From: Malacoraja senta
Lineage: Eukaryota
Length of the DNA stretch: 64,000 nucleotides
Direction of reading: 5' to 3'
Assembly (NCBI GenBank): GCA_038087875.1
Contig: CM075987.1
Span: forward strand, 21,020,001 to 21,084,000
Shown here: piece by piece, positions 13,358-25,199 of the stretch
Position numbering within the stretch: position 1 is the first letter of the stretch
Layout: every line of letters starts with the position of its first letter
Made by a program: the position numbers and the translations under genes
Notes under the pieces: model-generated
What the model was told of the DNA's origin: nothing
Database searches by the model: none
Seen by the model: the letters and a program-made list of their open reading frames with translations, nothing else

Positions 13358-13558
13358 GATGTCCCACGGTTACGACATGCACAATCGAAATGCTGTCAGT
13401 AGCAGTTTTTATGATTTAAATACTAGTTCAAGTAGGAACCAAAAATGGAGGTTTAGAGCTTTGGGATGTCCCACGGTAGCGACAGGCACAATAGAAATGC
13501 TATCGAAAGTGGAAATTGTTTTAAATACTAGTTCAAGTAGTGATCCAAAAATGCAGGT
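13358..13558. repeat. Diverged tandem duplication, 107-bp period
   Basis: gatgtcccacggt...tttaaatactagttcaagtag..ccaaaaatg starts at both 13358 and 13465. Confidence 0.9.
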
Positions 13559-14544
13559 CCGTAAATGTGTTCATTTTTAAAATAGGGCAACATTTTAATT
13601 CAGTGACGGAATCCCCATCCAGAGCTCCCAACCCCACCACCAGTGGTGCATTGCTCCACCAATTGGTGCCTTGTGCCCACCTGGCATCGGCAGCGCCCAG
13701 GAGAGTTTGAGAGAAAGATGCCACAACCACTGGGAATACCGGATGTGCGTCTCAGTGTCTGGAATCTGGCTGCAGGAACACCATAAATTCATTTACATAC
13801 TAGAAGGTTATATGTTCAAGGATAATAAGAGTTTTTGATTTATATACTCCCCTCAGATTGGGCAGACTATACTTTAAAGACAAACCCATCAATGCCTAAT
13901 GAATAAGGAATTCTGTGCAGGTCCAGGTGCCTGGCTGCCAAAGAACACAGTCAATTAAAAATGATCAATTGCTGCAGCAAATGATCAATTTTGTAGAATT
14001 ACTTCACCGCAACTCTTGATCTGAGCGCTATAAATGACAATATCCATCTCAACGCAGGTAGTTCTGCTTTAACGCGATAGTTATATTCCTATGAAAACTC
14101 ATATTATATTTGTGTTATAAAAACAATTATGTCAGTGGGGAAGAGGGGGTTTGGAGCTAATCTATTTTTCCCCACAGGATTTTGGAAAATAAAGATCTTT
14201 CAATAGCAATGTTTATTTTTATTACGACACACTAACAATACAAAAGTCTATACGTTACATTATTTAACAGAGTATCATTTGCACAAGTGTCAAGATTAGC
14301 CAATCATGCGGTACTTTGTCAAAGGCCTTGATAATGTCCATGTCAACGTCTACCACCCTGTCCTTGTTAATTCTCTGGGTCACCTTAAAAAAAACGTAAC
14401 CAAATTCATGAGACATGATTTCCCATGCACAAAGCCATGCTGACTATTTCTAATCAGTCCTTGCCTTTCCAAGTGCTGGTAGATTCTGTCCTTCAGAATT
14501 CCCTGCAGTCGTTTTCCCATTCTTGAGGTTAGGCTTGTTAGTTC

Positions 14545-15125
14545 TGAAGCGCCTCTACTTCCTGAGAAGATTACGGAGAGTCGGTTTGTCAAGGAGGACT
14601 CTCTCTAACTTCTACAGGTGCACAGTAGAAAGCATGCTGACCGGGTTGCATCGTGGCTTGGTTCGGCAACTTGAGCGCCCTGGAGAGGAAAAGACTACAA
14701 AAAGTAGTAAACACTGCCCAGTCCATCATCGGCTCTGACCTCCCTTCCATCGAGGGGATCTATCACAGTCGCTGCCTCAAAAAGGCTGGCAGTATCATCA
14801 AGGACCCACACCATCCTGGCCACACACTCATCTCCCTACTACCTTCAGGTAGAAGGTACAGGAGCCTGAAGACTGCAACGACCAGGTTCAGGAACAGCTA
14901 CTTCCCCACAGCCATCAGGCTATTAAACCTGGCTCGGACATAACACTGAACTTTATTAGCCAATACTGTTATTTGCACTTTATCAGTATATTGATTCATG
15001 TGTGTATATATTTATAGAATGCCTTGTAGTCAATGCCTACTATGTTCTGTTGTGCTGAAGCAAAGCAAGAATTTCATTGTCCTATCAGGGACACATGACA
15101 ATAAACTCACTTGACTTGACTTGAC
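14545..15125 (+). mobile_element. Rex1/Babar-type LINE 3' fragment
   Basis: KRLYFLRRLRRVGLSRRTLSNFYRCTVES...RCLKKAGSIIKDPHHPGHTLISLLPSGRRYRSLKTATTRFRNSYFPTAIRLLN, AATAAA and a (cttga)n tail. Possible 6-bp TSD tagttc. Confidence 0.85.
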
Positions 15126-17095
15126 TAGTTCCCAGACTTGTCTTTGCCACCTTCTTTACCATGCTCATTAGCCACACTCAAGTCTTCCCATACCTCATCC
15201 ATGGCTAAAGATGACGCAATTATCTCTCCCAGGGCCTCTGCAATTTCTTCCTGGATTCCTACAATGTCCTAGGTTACACTTGATCAAGCCCCATGATTTC
15301 ATCCATGTTAATATGCCTTAACACCACCACCAGCTCCCTCGTTAGCAGAATTGCTTAGCTTCCACAACCAACTTTGTGGTGAAAGTCATGACATTACAGC
15401 ACCATCCAGTGTCAAGAGCACTGATCCACAAACAAGAGTTCAAATCCCACTTAAGCAATATGGGAATTTAAATAAAATAAATCTGAAATAATAACTATAT
15501 TCTGCACTTTGTTATCTTTCCCTTCGCTCTACCTATTTTACTTGAGTTTGGCTTGATTGTATTTATGGATAGCGTCATCTGATTTCATTGGATATCATGC
15601 AAATCAAAGCTTTTCACTGTACTTTTGTACACGTGACAATAATAAATCTAAATCTAACCGCTTGCATCAATACCAGATGGCCGGATAAAGCAATCTGCTT
15701 CACAAATATCCTACCCTGCCATTCTTAGGGCAGCATTTTTGGCACAGCAGTTTGAACTGCTGCCTCAAAACTACAGGATGTGGGTCTGATCCTGACCAAT
15801 GCTCTGTCCAGGTGAGATGTTCTCCCTGTGACCACGAGGATTTCTTCCCAATGCACTCTTTCCCTCCCACATCCCACGGATGCGCTGGTAAGTTAAGTGG
15901 CTTCTGCAAATTACCCTTCTGGGCTGAATGGCAAAAACATAGAACATAGAACATAAAACACACAGCTTGCAGCAGAGGACTGGCCCAATGGCTCACAATG
16001 TCTGTGCTGATCATAATGCCAAACTAATCCCTTCTGCCTGCCCTTGTTCCATACACCTCCACTCCCTGTTTCGACCACCTCTCCTGGCAGCATGTTCCAG
16101 GCACCCACCACTTTCTGTGTTAAATATCTTGCTCTGCAGATCTCCTTTAAACTTTCCCCCTCTGACCTTATGGCTGTACCCTCTAGTCTTTGACATTTCC
16201 ACTCCAGCCAAAAGGTTCTGACCGTCTCTCCATTCTTCCACTCTCAGAATTGTATAATGAAGGGTGTCTTAAAGTCGCAGGGATACAGGGAGATAAGGAC
16301 AGGGGAAATAAAACCAGCTACTCTGGTAGTGACAAGCCAATGGATTGAATGACCATCTCTGTGTCATTATAACAAGATGATTATAGAGTACTCCATCTGG
16401 ATTATAGATGACTCCAGACTCACTGATGCGGTTAATTCTTTGAAATATCCCTCGGGGGCAATTGCTGACGAACAAGGCCTTCCCATCTATTGAACAAGTT
16501 TAAAAAAAAACATACTCAGTCCCCCACGATTCTGCTTCATTGCCCTCCATTCTAATCAGCTTTATTTCTTAAGGCACAATTTAACCAGTGCAGGGCCCTT
16601 GGAAACAACTCGCGGTGACTTGAGAAACGAAAATCACATCTGTGCGCTGCTTCCCACCCTCGGGCAGCCTCGCCGACGCAACGATTGTTTTCTATTTAAC
16701 ACCAACCAAATCAACAGAAAATAAATACCAGTACGGAAACGTCTTTACAAGGTATTTATGATCTCAACTTCAATTGAGAACATGCGTTTGCGGCTACCCG
16801 GGGCAGCTGCTCCTCATGCTGCAGCCGGATAAGATGCGTGAGAGCAAATTTCGGTTTAACATTCACAAGATTCGCGCAGTTGATCCACTACCAGTAACGC
16901 ACAGTGACAAGTTTGAAAACTCGCCCTCTTATTCCAACAGGTTCAATAAACGATCCTGCAATTGGAGAAGTTTAAAAGAGCGAGATTGCGATTATAAATA
17001 CTCACCCAGAGGTTGTAAGATGAACCCAGTTGGGAAAACTGGGAAGAATTTGGAGTGGCATGGGCCAAATGCAGGCAGTGGGACTAGCCCAAATG

Positions 17096-17416
17096 CCAAC
17101 ACAAAAAGCTGGAGTAACTCAGCGGGACAGGCAGCATCTCCACAGAGAAGGAATGGGTGACGTTTCGTGGTCGAGACCCTTCTTCAGACCATACCAATGT
17201 CTCTACTCTCTCTCTCTCTCCCCTGTCTGAAGAAGGATCCCGTCCCGTCCCCAGCATTTTGTGCCTGTATCGTCGGTGCAAACCAGCATCTGCATGCAGA
17301 CGGCAGTTCCTTCCTACACAAGGTAGACAAAAAATGCTGGAGAAACTCAGCGGGTGCAGCAGCATCTATGGAGCGAAGGAAATAAATAGGCAACGTTTCG
17401 GGCCGAAACCCTTCTA
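17096..17416. mobile_element. Adjacent family B fold-back and family A PLE-terminus copies
   Basis: Family B arms ~17096-17320 followed directly by a minus-strand family A copy to ~17416. Another partial copy at ~17618-17700. Confidence 0.8.
17156..17190 (-). ncRNA. Minimal type-I hammerhead ribozyme motif (LAMC3 sense strand)
   Basis: Reverse complement is ggu-CUGAAGA-A-GGGU(CUCG)ACCAC-GAAACGUC-acc, with a one-nt insertion in stem II. Confidence 0.62.
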
Positions 17417-18193
17417 AGTTGGGCTGTCACGGGGGAGAAGGCAGGAAAATGCGGGCGAGAGGGACAATAGATCAGCCGTGACCAAATCGCGGAGCAGACT
17501 CGATGGGTCGAATGGCCTAAGTCTGCTCCGGTGTGTCTTTATCATGGTCTTAGTGGTCGAGTTTGCGGTTGCAGGTGCACACGCGAAGAACAGCCGATGC
17601 TGTACATGGACGTTTATGAAGGAACTGCAGATGCTGGAAAATCGAAGGTAGACAAAGGTGCTGGAGAAACTCAGCGGGAGGAAATAGGCAACGTTTCGGG
17701 ATATGGAGCAAGCGCAGGCAAGTTGGACCAGTAGTAGCTGGGACATGTTTGGCCGGTGTGTGGGCAAGTGTGGTCTGTTTCCACACTGGATGCTGGAGGA
17801 ACTCCGCATGTCAGGGAGGGAATAGAAACATAGAAAATAGGTGCAGGAGTAGGCCATTCGGCCCTTCAAGCCTGCACCGCCATTCAATATGATCATGGCT
17901 GATCATCCAACTCAGTATCCTGTACCTGCTTTCTCTCCATACCCCCTGATCCTTTTAGCCACAAGGGCCACATCTAACTCCCTCTTAAATATAGCCAATG
18001 AACTGGCCTCAACTATCTTCTGAGGCAGAGAATTCCACAGATTCACCACTCTCTGTGTGAAAAATGATTTTCTCATCTCGGTCCTAAAAGACTTCCCCTT
18101 ATCCTTAAACTGTGACCCCCCTTGTTCTGGACTTCCCCAACATCGGGAATAATCTTCCTGCATCTAGCCTGTCCAACCCCTTAAGAATTTTGT

Positions 18194-18323
18194 TAAAGAA
18201 GGAACTGCAGATGCTGGAAAATCGAAGGAACACAAAAATGCTGGAGAAACTCAGCGGGTGCAGCAGCATCTATGGAGCGAAGGAAATAGGTAACGTTTCG
18301 GGCCGAAACCCTTCTTCAGACTG
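18194..18323 (-). mobile_element. Short PLE-terminus element (family A) inside a CR1 fragment, ~18-bp TSD
   Basis: accccttaagaat(t/g)ttgt at 18176-18193 and 18340-18357, with 16 nt of filler. Confidence 0.85.
18289..18322 (-). ncRNA. Minimal type-I hammerhead ribozyme motif (LAMC3 sense strand)
   Basis: Reverse complement is agu-CUGAAGA-A-GGGU(UUCG)GCCC-GAAACGUU-acc. Confidence 0.7.
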
Positions 18324-18401
18324 GTGAATTTAAGAATTTACCCCTTAAGAATGTTGTACGTTTCTATAAGATCCCCCGTCAGGAAGGACAGGACAACTCA
18401 C

Positions 18402-18777
18402 CCAAGTGCAGGGTCAGGTTGACGGAGTTGGGGAACTGCACGCCGTGTAACATGGACGGGCTCTGCCACCAGGTGGGCTCTTCGTCGCTGTGAAAGTCGT
18501 TGAGGGAAGTGGCGTTGTGGCTCCGCCGGGTGACCCGGGCATCACACGTGTGGCAGGATTTGGTGACTCCGGTAGCGCCGGTCTGCAGACAGTACTCCTC
18601 TGGGTCGGGGTCGCCGCACACGGCGCTGACCAGCACACTCCGATCGAAAGCGGCGTTGCAAAATTCGGGCATGCACCTCTGGGCTCTTCCCGACTCCTGC
18701 TCATAACACGAGTCCATCCCGGCCAGGGCAACGCAGAAGTGCAAAGAAAGCGCAGTGAGAAAGTTCGGCAGCTCCAT
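18402..18777 (-). CDS. LAMC3: Laminin subunit gamma-3, coding exon 1 (signal peptide + start of the LN domain); later exons not found in the window
   Basis: Translates to MELPNFLTALSLHFCVALAGMDSCYEQESGRAQRCMPEF...DFHSDEEPTWWQSPSMLHGVQFPNSVNLTLHLG, a laminin gamma LN N-terminus. Ends at a phase-1 donor G|GTGAGT at 18402/18401. The DFHS..E.TWWQSPSM motif and the divergent FIBCD1 neighbour favour gamma-3 over gamma-1. Confidence 0.88.
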
Positions 18778-19727
18778 AGTAGCGCCGCAGACACAGCCAC
18801 TGTTCTCCCCTCAGTCTCCCTGGTTCAATCCGCTCTGCTTTGGTGAAAGCACTCGATAAAACCCTCAAATCCCCACATCCCACCCAAACTGGAAACTTGT
18901 TGCAATGACAGTTTGAAACAGTCCTGCTCCCTGGTGGGCTGAATCCTCAGCGCAGTTTGCAGGAGGAAACTGTAAATATCTGCACCTTCTCAGGACATCC
19001 CAAAACGCGTCCCATTCAAATTAAGTTGAGACTGAGCGATGCAATCAGTCCAAATTAAAGCGGCGATGTTGGAAATGCGATCATGCCGGATTTAAGTTAC
19101 TTTAAGCCCTGCAACCGAGTGAAGCACTTTTAAAATGTTGCAAAGTGTAGAATGCGACACAGTGCAAACCGCAGACGCAACTGCAGATGCGAAAATCTTG
19201 AGTCAAACACAAAGTTCTGGAGTAAATCAGCGGGTAAATGAAGAAGGGCCCCGCCAGAAACATCCCCGATCAAAGTCCTCCAGAGAATCTGCCTGGCCAG
19301 TCGAGTTACTGTTCCACGCAGTACAAAACGCAGCTGATTTCGTGCACAACACGAGCGACAATGTGAAAATGCTCAGACCACCTTTTAAAGTGAGGTTGTT
19401 TGATAGGTAAATATCGAGAAAACGATAGCATCCCGGACGTTCCGAAGAAACCAAATAGAAATAGGAATGAGAAAACCAAACGAAGGCTAGTAAAAGAATC
19501 GTCTGATCCAATAATTTACGCCTCATAAACTTAAAGAATGTAGGAACATGGCCAAGGTCCCATCTACAATCTGTAACAAAATGCTCTTAAATCATCCTTA
19601 GAGTGAAAAACGTAGTGGCTCCTGGTGCTCCATAGGGCACACTGGGGTTGCCAATGACATAAGATGGGTGGTATTGCAAAATAAAAATGTAGATTGGAAA
19701 TATTAACTTCAAAAGAGCAACTAATAC

Positions 19728-19988
19728 GGCCTGGAACATCGGGCCTCCGTAGAGGCAACTGTGGAGGCCTCAATGGGCCCGACTATGGGTGAACTGGGGT
19801 TGGGGACTGGACTTTGTGCCTTCCCTCATGGTGCGATCCATTGTGGGGGGATGTTCTTTGTGTTAAGACTATCTTGGTGTTATGTCTATGTTCTCTTCTT
19901 TTGTGTGCTGCATAATGGCAAGAAGCATTTCACTTCACTACACCTGGGTGTATGTGAATGTGACTAATAAAAATACTTATACTTATAA
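19728..19988 (+). mobile_element. LINE-type 3' end or SINE with (tactta)n tail, ~1 kb upstream of the LAMC3 ATG
   Basis: ...gcatttcacttcac...gtgactaataaaaatacttatacttata. Resembles Rex1-type 3' termini; a similar end lies at ~15490-15656. Confidence 0.5.
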
Positions 19989-20734
19989 TAGTTTAGGCAA
20001 AACTGTGGTAAATATATTGCCGTGCAGGCAAACGTTAGATCCAAAAAAAATAATTGAACTGAGTAAAAGTAGAACATGCTGCAAACGCAGCAAGTCGGGC
20101 AGCATCTGCGGAGAGAGTTCACCTTTCAAGTTATTGATGATGAAAGGGCATTGATCTGAAATGTTAACTTTATTTCCTATATCAAAATATTTCCAGCACT
20201 TTGTGATTTTATATTATATTTCCAACATCAGCTGTATTTTACTTTTGAATAAAACCAGGTAATTGCAAAAAGGCGTAAAACTAGAAATGGTAGCGATCCA
20301 AGGACATTGAGGTATTAATTAACATGCCATGGGCAGGTACTGGAAATAATCAAGCAGGTTAATGGAATACAACGCGATGACCTGGTTAGACCACATCTGG
20401 AATACTGAGCAGTTCTGGGCACCACATCTCATAAAGGATGTACAACCTTGAAAGCGGTGAGGGAGAGATGTTTTTAGAATCATACCTGGACTCCAAACGG
20501 TAACTTCCAAGGATCTTTTGGGATGCCAATAGGATTGTATTCCCAGAATTAATTCAGAAAATGCTGAAAATACTCAGCTTTTCAAACAATGCCTGCAGAG
20601 CAAGAAATAGATTTATTGTCTCAGTTCAATAAACTTTCATCAGAATTCATAAGACCTGAACAACCCCTGTGAACAGAGTGGTGTTACAAGTTTTGTAGTT
20701 CCTTCTGTGACCACCAATTAAAGATTACGCAGTT

Positions 20735-20937
20735 TTAAAGAAGGAACTGCAGATGCTGGAAAATCGAAGGTACACAAAAATGCTGGAGAAACTCAGCGGG
20801 TGCAGCAGCATCTATGGAGCGAAGGAAATAGGTAACGTTTCGGTCTGAAGAAGGGTTTCGGCCCGAAACGTTACCTATTTCCTTCGCTCCATAGATGCTG
20901 CTGCACCCGCTGAGTTTCTCCAGCATTTTTGTGTACC
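20735..20937. mobile_element. Short fold-back PLE-terminus element (family A) with hammerhead motif, 16-bp TSD
   Basis: Near-perfect inverted arms around ctgaagaagggtttcggcccgaaacgtt. TSD taaagattacgcagtt at 20719-20734 and 20938-20953. Confidence 0.9.
20842..20875 (+). ncRNA. Minimal type-I hammerhead ribozyme motif
   Basis: ggu-CUGAAGA-A-GGGU(UUCG)GCCC-GAAACGUU-acc: both conserved core boxes, stem II with a UUCG loop, and a 3-bp stem I (ggu/acc). Activity untested. Confidence 0.75.
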
Positions 20938-20980
20938 TAAAGATTACGCAGTTGTTGGTTTTTGTTTAAAAAAGTGCATT

Positions 20981-21210
20981 AAGGGTCTGTCCCACTTACG
21001 CGGCCTTGACAGGCGACTGCCAGCAACCTTGATAGGTCGCCAAAATTTTCAACATGTTGAAAATTCAGCGGCGACCAGAAAGATGTCTTTGGAGACCTCT
21101 CACGACCATAGGAGACCTCTCACGACCTACAGGCTGTGGTCGTGAGAGACCACCCGTGACATGTCGCCAGGGGTCGCCTGTATGGTCGTGAAAATTTGTT
21201 GAAAATTTCA
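20981..21210. mobile_element. Palindromic MITE-like remnant (possibly PIF/Harbinger-type); right end not found
   Basis: Starts tt|aagggtctgtcccactt, CpG-rich, with a 22-bp perfect palindrome aattttcaacatgttgaaaatt (21044-21065) flanked by ggtcgcc/ggcgacc. Confidence 0.55.
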
Positions 21211-21982
21211 GTCTACCAGTGCTCATGCCAGCCTTTAATGGAGATATTACACTAATCCCACTTTCCCGCTCTTTCCCTTCATTTTCCCTTTAAGTATTTA
21301 TCCAATTCCCATTTGGAAGTTACTATTGAAAATGCATTCCAGATCTGAACAATTTGCTGTTTTCTTGCCTCTGGCTGTCAACCCTTATGACACAAGAAAT
21401 ACTTTCTCCCTCGATAGACACCACAAGAGATTTCTTTTTGAAGTTTGAAACACAGTTTGATATATTTTTTTAACTAAATACTTATTTAACTTGGATCTTG
21501 ACGATGTCTCTGTTTATTGTCAAACTCCCACTTCCTTTCACAATGCAGCTGATCATTTAAGTACAGTTGGTAAAGTAAATATAGCAGATGCCAAGTGTCA
21601 TATCGCAAAGCTGAAATGCTGAGGGCAATCTTCTGTATATTACCAGCTTTGTATCCTTGGGTCTTGTTCTTGAAGTAAAGCTGGTCTATCAACAACTTAT
21701 GTCTATGTGGTTGTTAAAGTACAAAATATCCCAAGATATTTAGTAGAGCATCAACAAGCAAATTTTGACATTCAGCTACTCAAGGGGCATATTAAAACAC
21801 ATTTTCAAAAGCTTAGTTACAGAGATAGATTTTAAGAGCAACGTAAGGAAATAAAGACAGATGGAGAGTGAGGGAGGGAATTCCAGAGCATGGACCTTGA
21901 CTTGGTATATGATTCATTGGATATATTGTTTTAGCTTATCTGGATGAGGTTGTAAAGTGTTCATATTAAATGCATTCTTCTA

Positions 21983-22200
21983 GTAAAGTAAATAGTAAAG
22001 TAAATTTTATTTATATAGCACGTTTAAATCAACTCGCGTTGAAACCAAAGTGCTTTACATAGAAAAAATAATTACGTTTCAGTACATCCATAGAAAAATT
22101 TTAAAAAAGAAAAATGACACAACACATTATAGAATTCAACATGAACGTCCCCCCACAACAGAATCAAAAATTTCCACTGTGGGGAAAGGCATCAGAAAGT
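21983..22200 (-). mobile_element. L2-type 3' end (LINE or SINE)
   Basis: agtaaagtaaattttatttatatagcacgttt...ccaaagtgctttaca. Confidence 0.65.
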
Positions 22201-24703
22201 ATCTAACCATCATTAAACTCTTTGAGCCAACCATTTCCTAAAAGAGTTGATCTGCTGTACGGACAGCGACCATGATTACTGGCTTCACTTCATTGAATGT
22301 TATGAGAAAATTATATATTCCATTTCATCCAGGATGTTCAGTTTCTCACCCAGACAAATTTCAAATCTTTGTTTTTTCTTGTGAACAACATATTGTGATT
22401 TATTTTTGATGTACATATCTCTGCCACTAATCATACAACTAGCAGCTGTAATGATGTCCGTATATTGTTTGAGATGGAGCTGTTCATGAGCTTCATTGTC
22501 ATGGAAGTTTCTATTATGTGGCTTTATGATATCAGTGCTGCCGTTTCCGAATGTTCTTGGCTGTCATTACCTTCGCTTGCAATTCTGGATCTAGCCTTAC
22601 AATGAGGCTACTGTATGTGCTCATTCTTTTTACAGTTGGGCATTTCATACACATACAGGTACAATGTACAGACAAATTAGGAGCATTCAATCCAATCTGA
22701 TTGTAACCTGAACTCTATATTCCCATGTCCTCTGGTAATTTTTGATCATTTACTAACCTAGAATTTATTATCCTTCATCTAAAAAATATACATTGCTGTC
22801 TCTGCCTTTTGTGCCAAACTCAGTTACTTGACTGGTTTAATAAAGGAGCTTCTAGCTTTGCAACTGTCATTTGCCTATAAACAGCAATGAGAAAGACATT
22901 ATCCACTGGCAGAAGCTTTTGAACATTTTTCAAACGTATCCATTGCTGGGCATTGTGGGCTGAAAGGCCTGTTCCTGTGCGGTATTGTTCTATAATGTGG
23001 CTCTTTTACATGTACACACAAATGTTGAATCTCATGCATTAAATAATTTCTATTGAATTTGTTCACCTGCTGAAAAGCACACCAACTTATCTCTTATGAA
23101 AATGTCATTATACTGGAAACAGCGCAAAGAAGAATTACGAGAACGTTGGGCTAGAGAGCCTAAGAAATAGGCAGAGGTTGAGCAAGCTAGGACTATCCTT
23201 TGGCGAGCAGGAGACTGAAGGGTGACTTTATAGACACGTATAAAATCAAGATAAGGTGAATACACAGACTCTTTTTCCAAGGAAAGTGGGAATCAAAATT
23301 AGGGGGCATGGGTTTAAGGTGAGAATGGAGAGATTTATAAGGGACCTATGGTGCACTTCTTCATGCAGAGGGGAGGTTGCGTATATGGAACTAGCTGCCA
23401 GAGAAAGCAGTTGAGGCAAATACAATAATAAGATTTAAAAGATATTTGGACAGGTATATGAAAAGGAAAGAGATCAAGGGATATGGGCCAAACGTGGGTA
23501 AATGGGAGCTGCTCCCATGGGAGCGGGTAAATGGGAGATAGGCATGTAGGTTGGCATGGACAAGTTGGGCTGAAGGACCTGTTTCTCTGCTGTATGACTC
23601 TATTATTCTATATTTAGAAAGGTATCAGAATTATATTGTTTAAAATGTTGATGTAAACCTATAATCATGAATGGTCCCTGCTGACCTTTGCTTTTTGGTT
23701 TGAATTGTAACTCGATATGATCTTCGAGGTGCTGGATTAAACTGATTCTGCAGTTTCACTCTCACATAATTGAATGAAATATCTTTAGTCCTGCTTGCAG
23801 ATCTGCTGACACGGCATTCTCATCCCAGCCTATCTCTGCAAATAAGATTTATTTCTTATTTTCGTGATGGTTTTTATTTTGTTCAGGTATGCTTTTGTCT
23901 TTCCTGTCAATTTTGACAAGATTATTTGCCTGAAGAATATTTACACCTTTCATCATACGAACTGAAGGGCTCACACAATTCATCATAAACAGCAATGTTC
24001 CCAATAAAGCTAGATATGTTCTGACATGCTTTTGATAATGTTTCTGATCTGTAAACACTTCACTTTGTTTCTCCTGTGCTTGAGTCTGTACTTCAGTTCC
24101 ATCACAAGTCTGCAAGTTGAGTTTCCTAAGATTAATCTTAAAGTTACAGATTTATGCATATAGGGTTGTAGATGTTATTCACCATTGTTATTTTTGGTCA
24201 GCTTCAATACTTTTCCATTCCATCCGCATCACCAATGTTCTTAGTCCACAGAGAGAAATCTATAAGATACATCGAATTTGTTAAATTATACACAGTGATA
24301 AATGTTTGATCAAATATATGATATAATAACATTGTAGCGGCACCTGCTGGTGCTCGCAAGTATCGAACCCTGTGGTCGGAATCCACGCGCACGTGACTCA
24401 GGGAGGGGTTGTGATTTCGCGCGGTTTTCAGGGCTCTGCCCTTCAGTCGTTGTGAGACCACTGTTGTGGTCAGTTGTGTTTTCAGTGGCAATTGTCAAGA
24501 CCGTGATCGGTGAATCATATTGAGAATAAATCTGATTTAAACCAACTGCCTGTTGTCTTGATCCGCCAAAACATCACACTTACCTACACATACTACAATC
24601 ATCAGAAAAATATATTCAACGCTACAGCCTCTACCTTGGCTGGTCTGATGATAATGTCCTCTTTGTCCCTTCCAGACTTGACTATCCCATTGCTTCCTGT
24701 AAA

Positions 24704-25024
24704 GGGCGGCACAGTGGTGTAGGAGTAGAGCTGCTGCCTTACAGTGCCAGGGACCCAAGTTCGATCCTGACTCCGGGTGCTTGTCTGTACGGAGTTTGTA
24801 CGTTCTCCCCGTGACCTGCCTGGGTTTTCTCCGAGATCTTCGGTTTCCTCCCTCACTCCAAAGTCTTACAGGTTTGTAGGTTAATTGGTTTAAATGTATA
24901 AATGTGAAATTTTCCCCAGTGTGTGTAGGATAGTGTAAGTGTGCGGGGATCGCTGGTCGGTGTGGACTCAGTGGGCCGAAGCGCCTGTTTCCGCGCTGCA
25001 TCTCTAAACTAAACTAAACTAAAC
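24704..25024 (+). mobile_element. V-SINE/HE1-like SINE, full length
   Basis: gggcggcacagtgg head, B box agttcgatcc, V-domain-like core and (ctaaa)4 tail. Confidence 0.88.
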
Positions 25025-25199
25025 CTGAGCCCATGTACAATTCACTTACCTGTAACAAAACATGTGGATTGACTCTCCCGTGTCCTACTGCTCCCCCCCT
25101 TCCAACACGGAACCTCAATATTAACACCACTGGGTCCTGCTACCCTTGCCATAGCCAACAGTGCAACTGTACTACATCAAACCCATCGCCCATGTGAGC

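Larger units (their letters stand above)
17822..18377 (-). mobile_element. CR1 3' fragment ending ~25 bp from the LAMC3 exon 1 donor
   Basis: FRTEMRKSFFTQRVVNLWNSLPQKIVEASSLAIFKRELDVAL and a (tttctatg) tail. Confidence 0.88.

Noticed and set aside
1..18401. LAMC3 exon 2 and later exons
   Set aside because: I could not find the expected KAYEITYVRLKFHTSRPESF-like sequence on the minus strand. It probably lies left of the window, though a manual scan could miss it.
18379..18401. C-terminal ELSCPS* of the 132-aa ORF as a short secreted protein
   Set aside because: Read-through past a canonical GTGAGT donor into intron 1.
22250..24115. Possible minus-strand exons (ORF 23849-24115 and an open stretch near 22300-22520)
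   Set aside because: No recognisable domain or convincing splice structure; cannot be supported without RNA or homology data.
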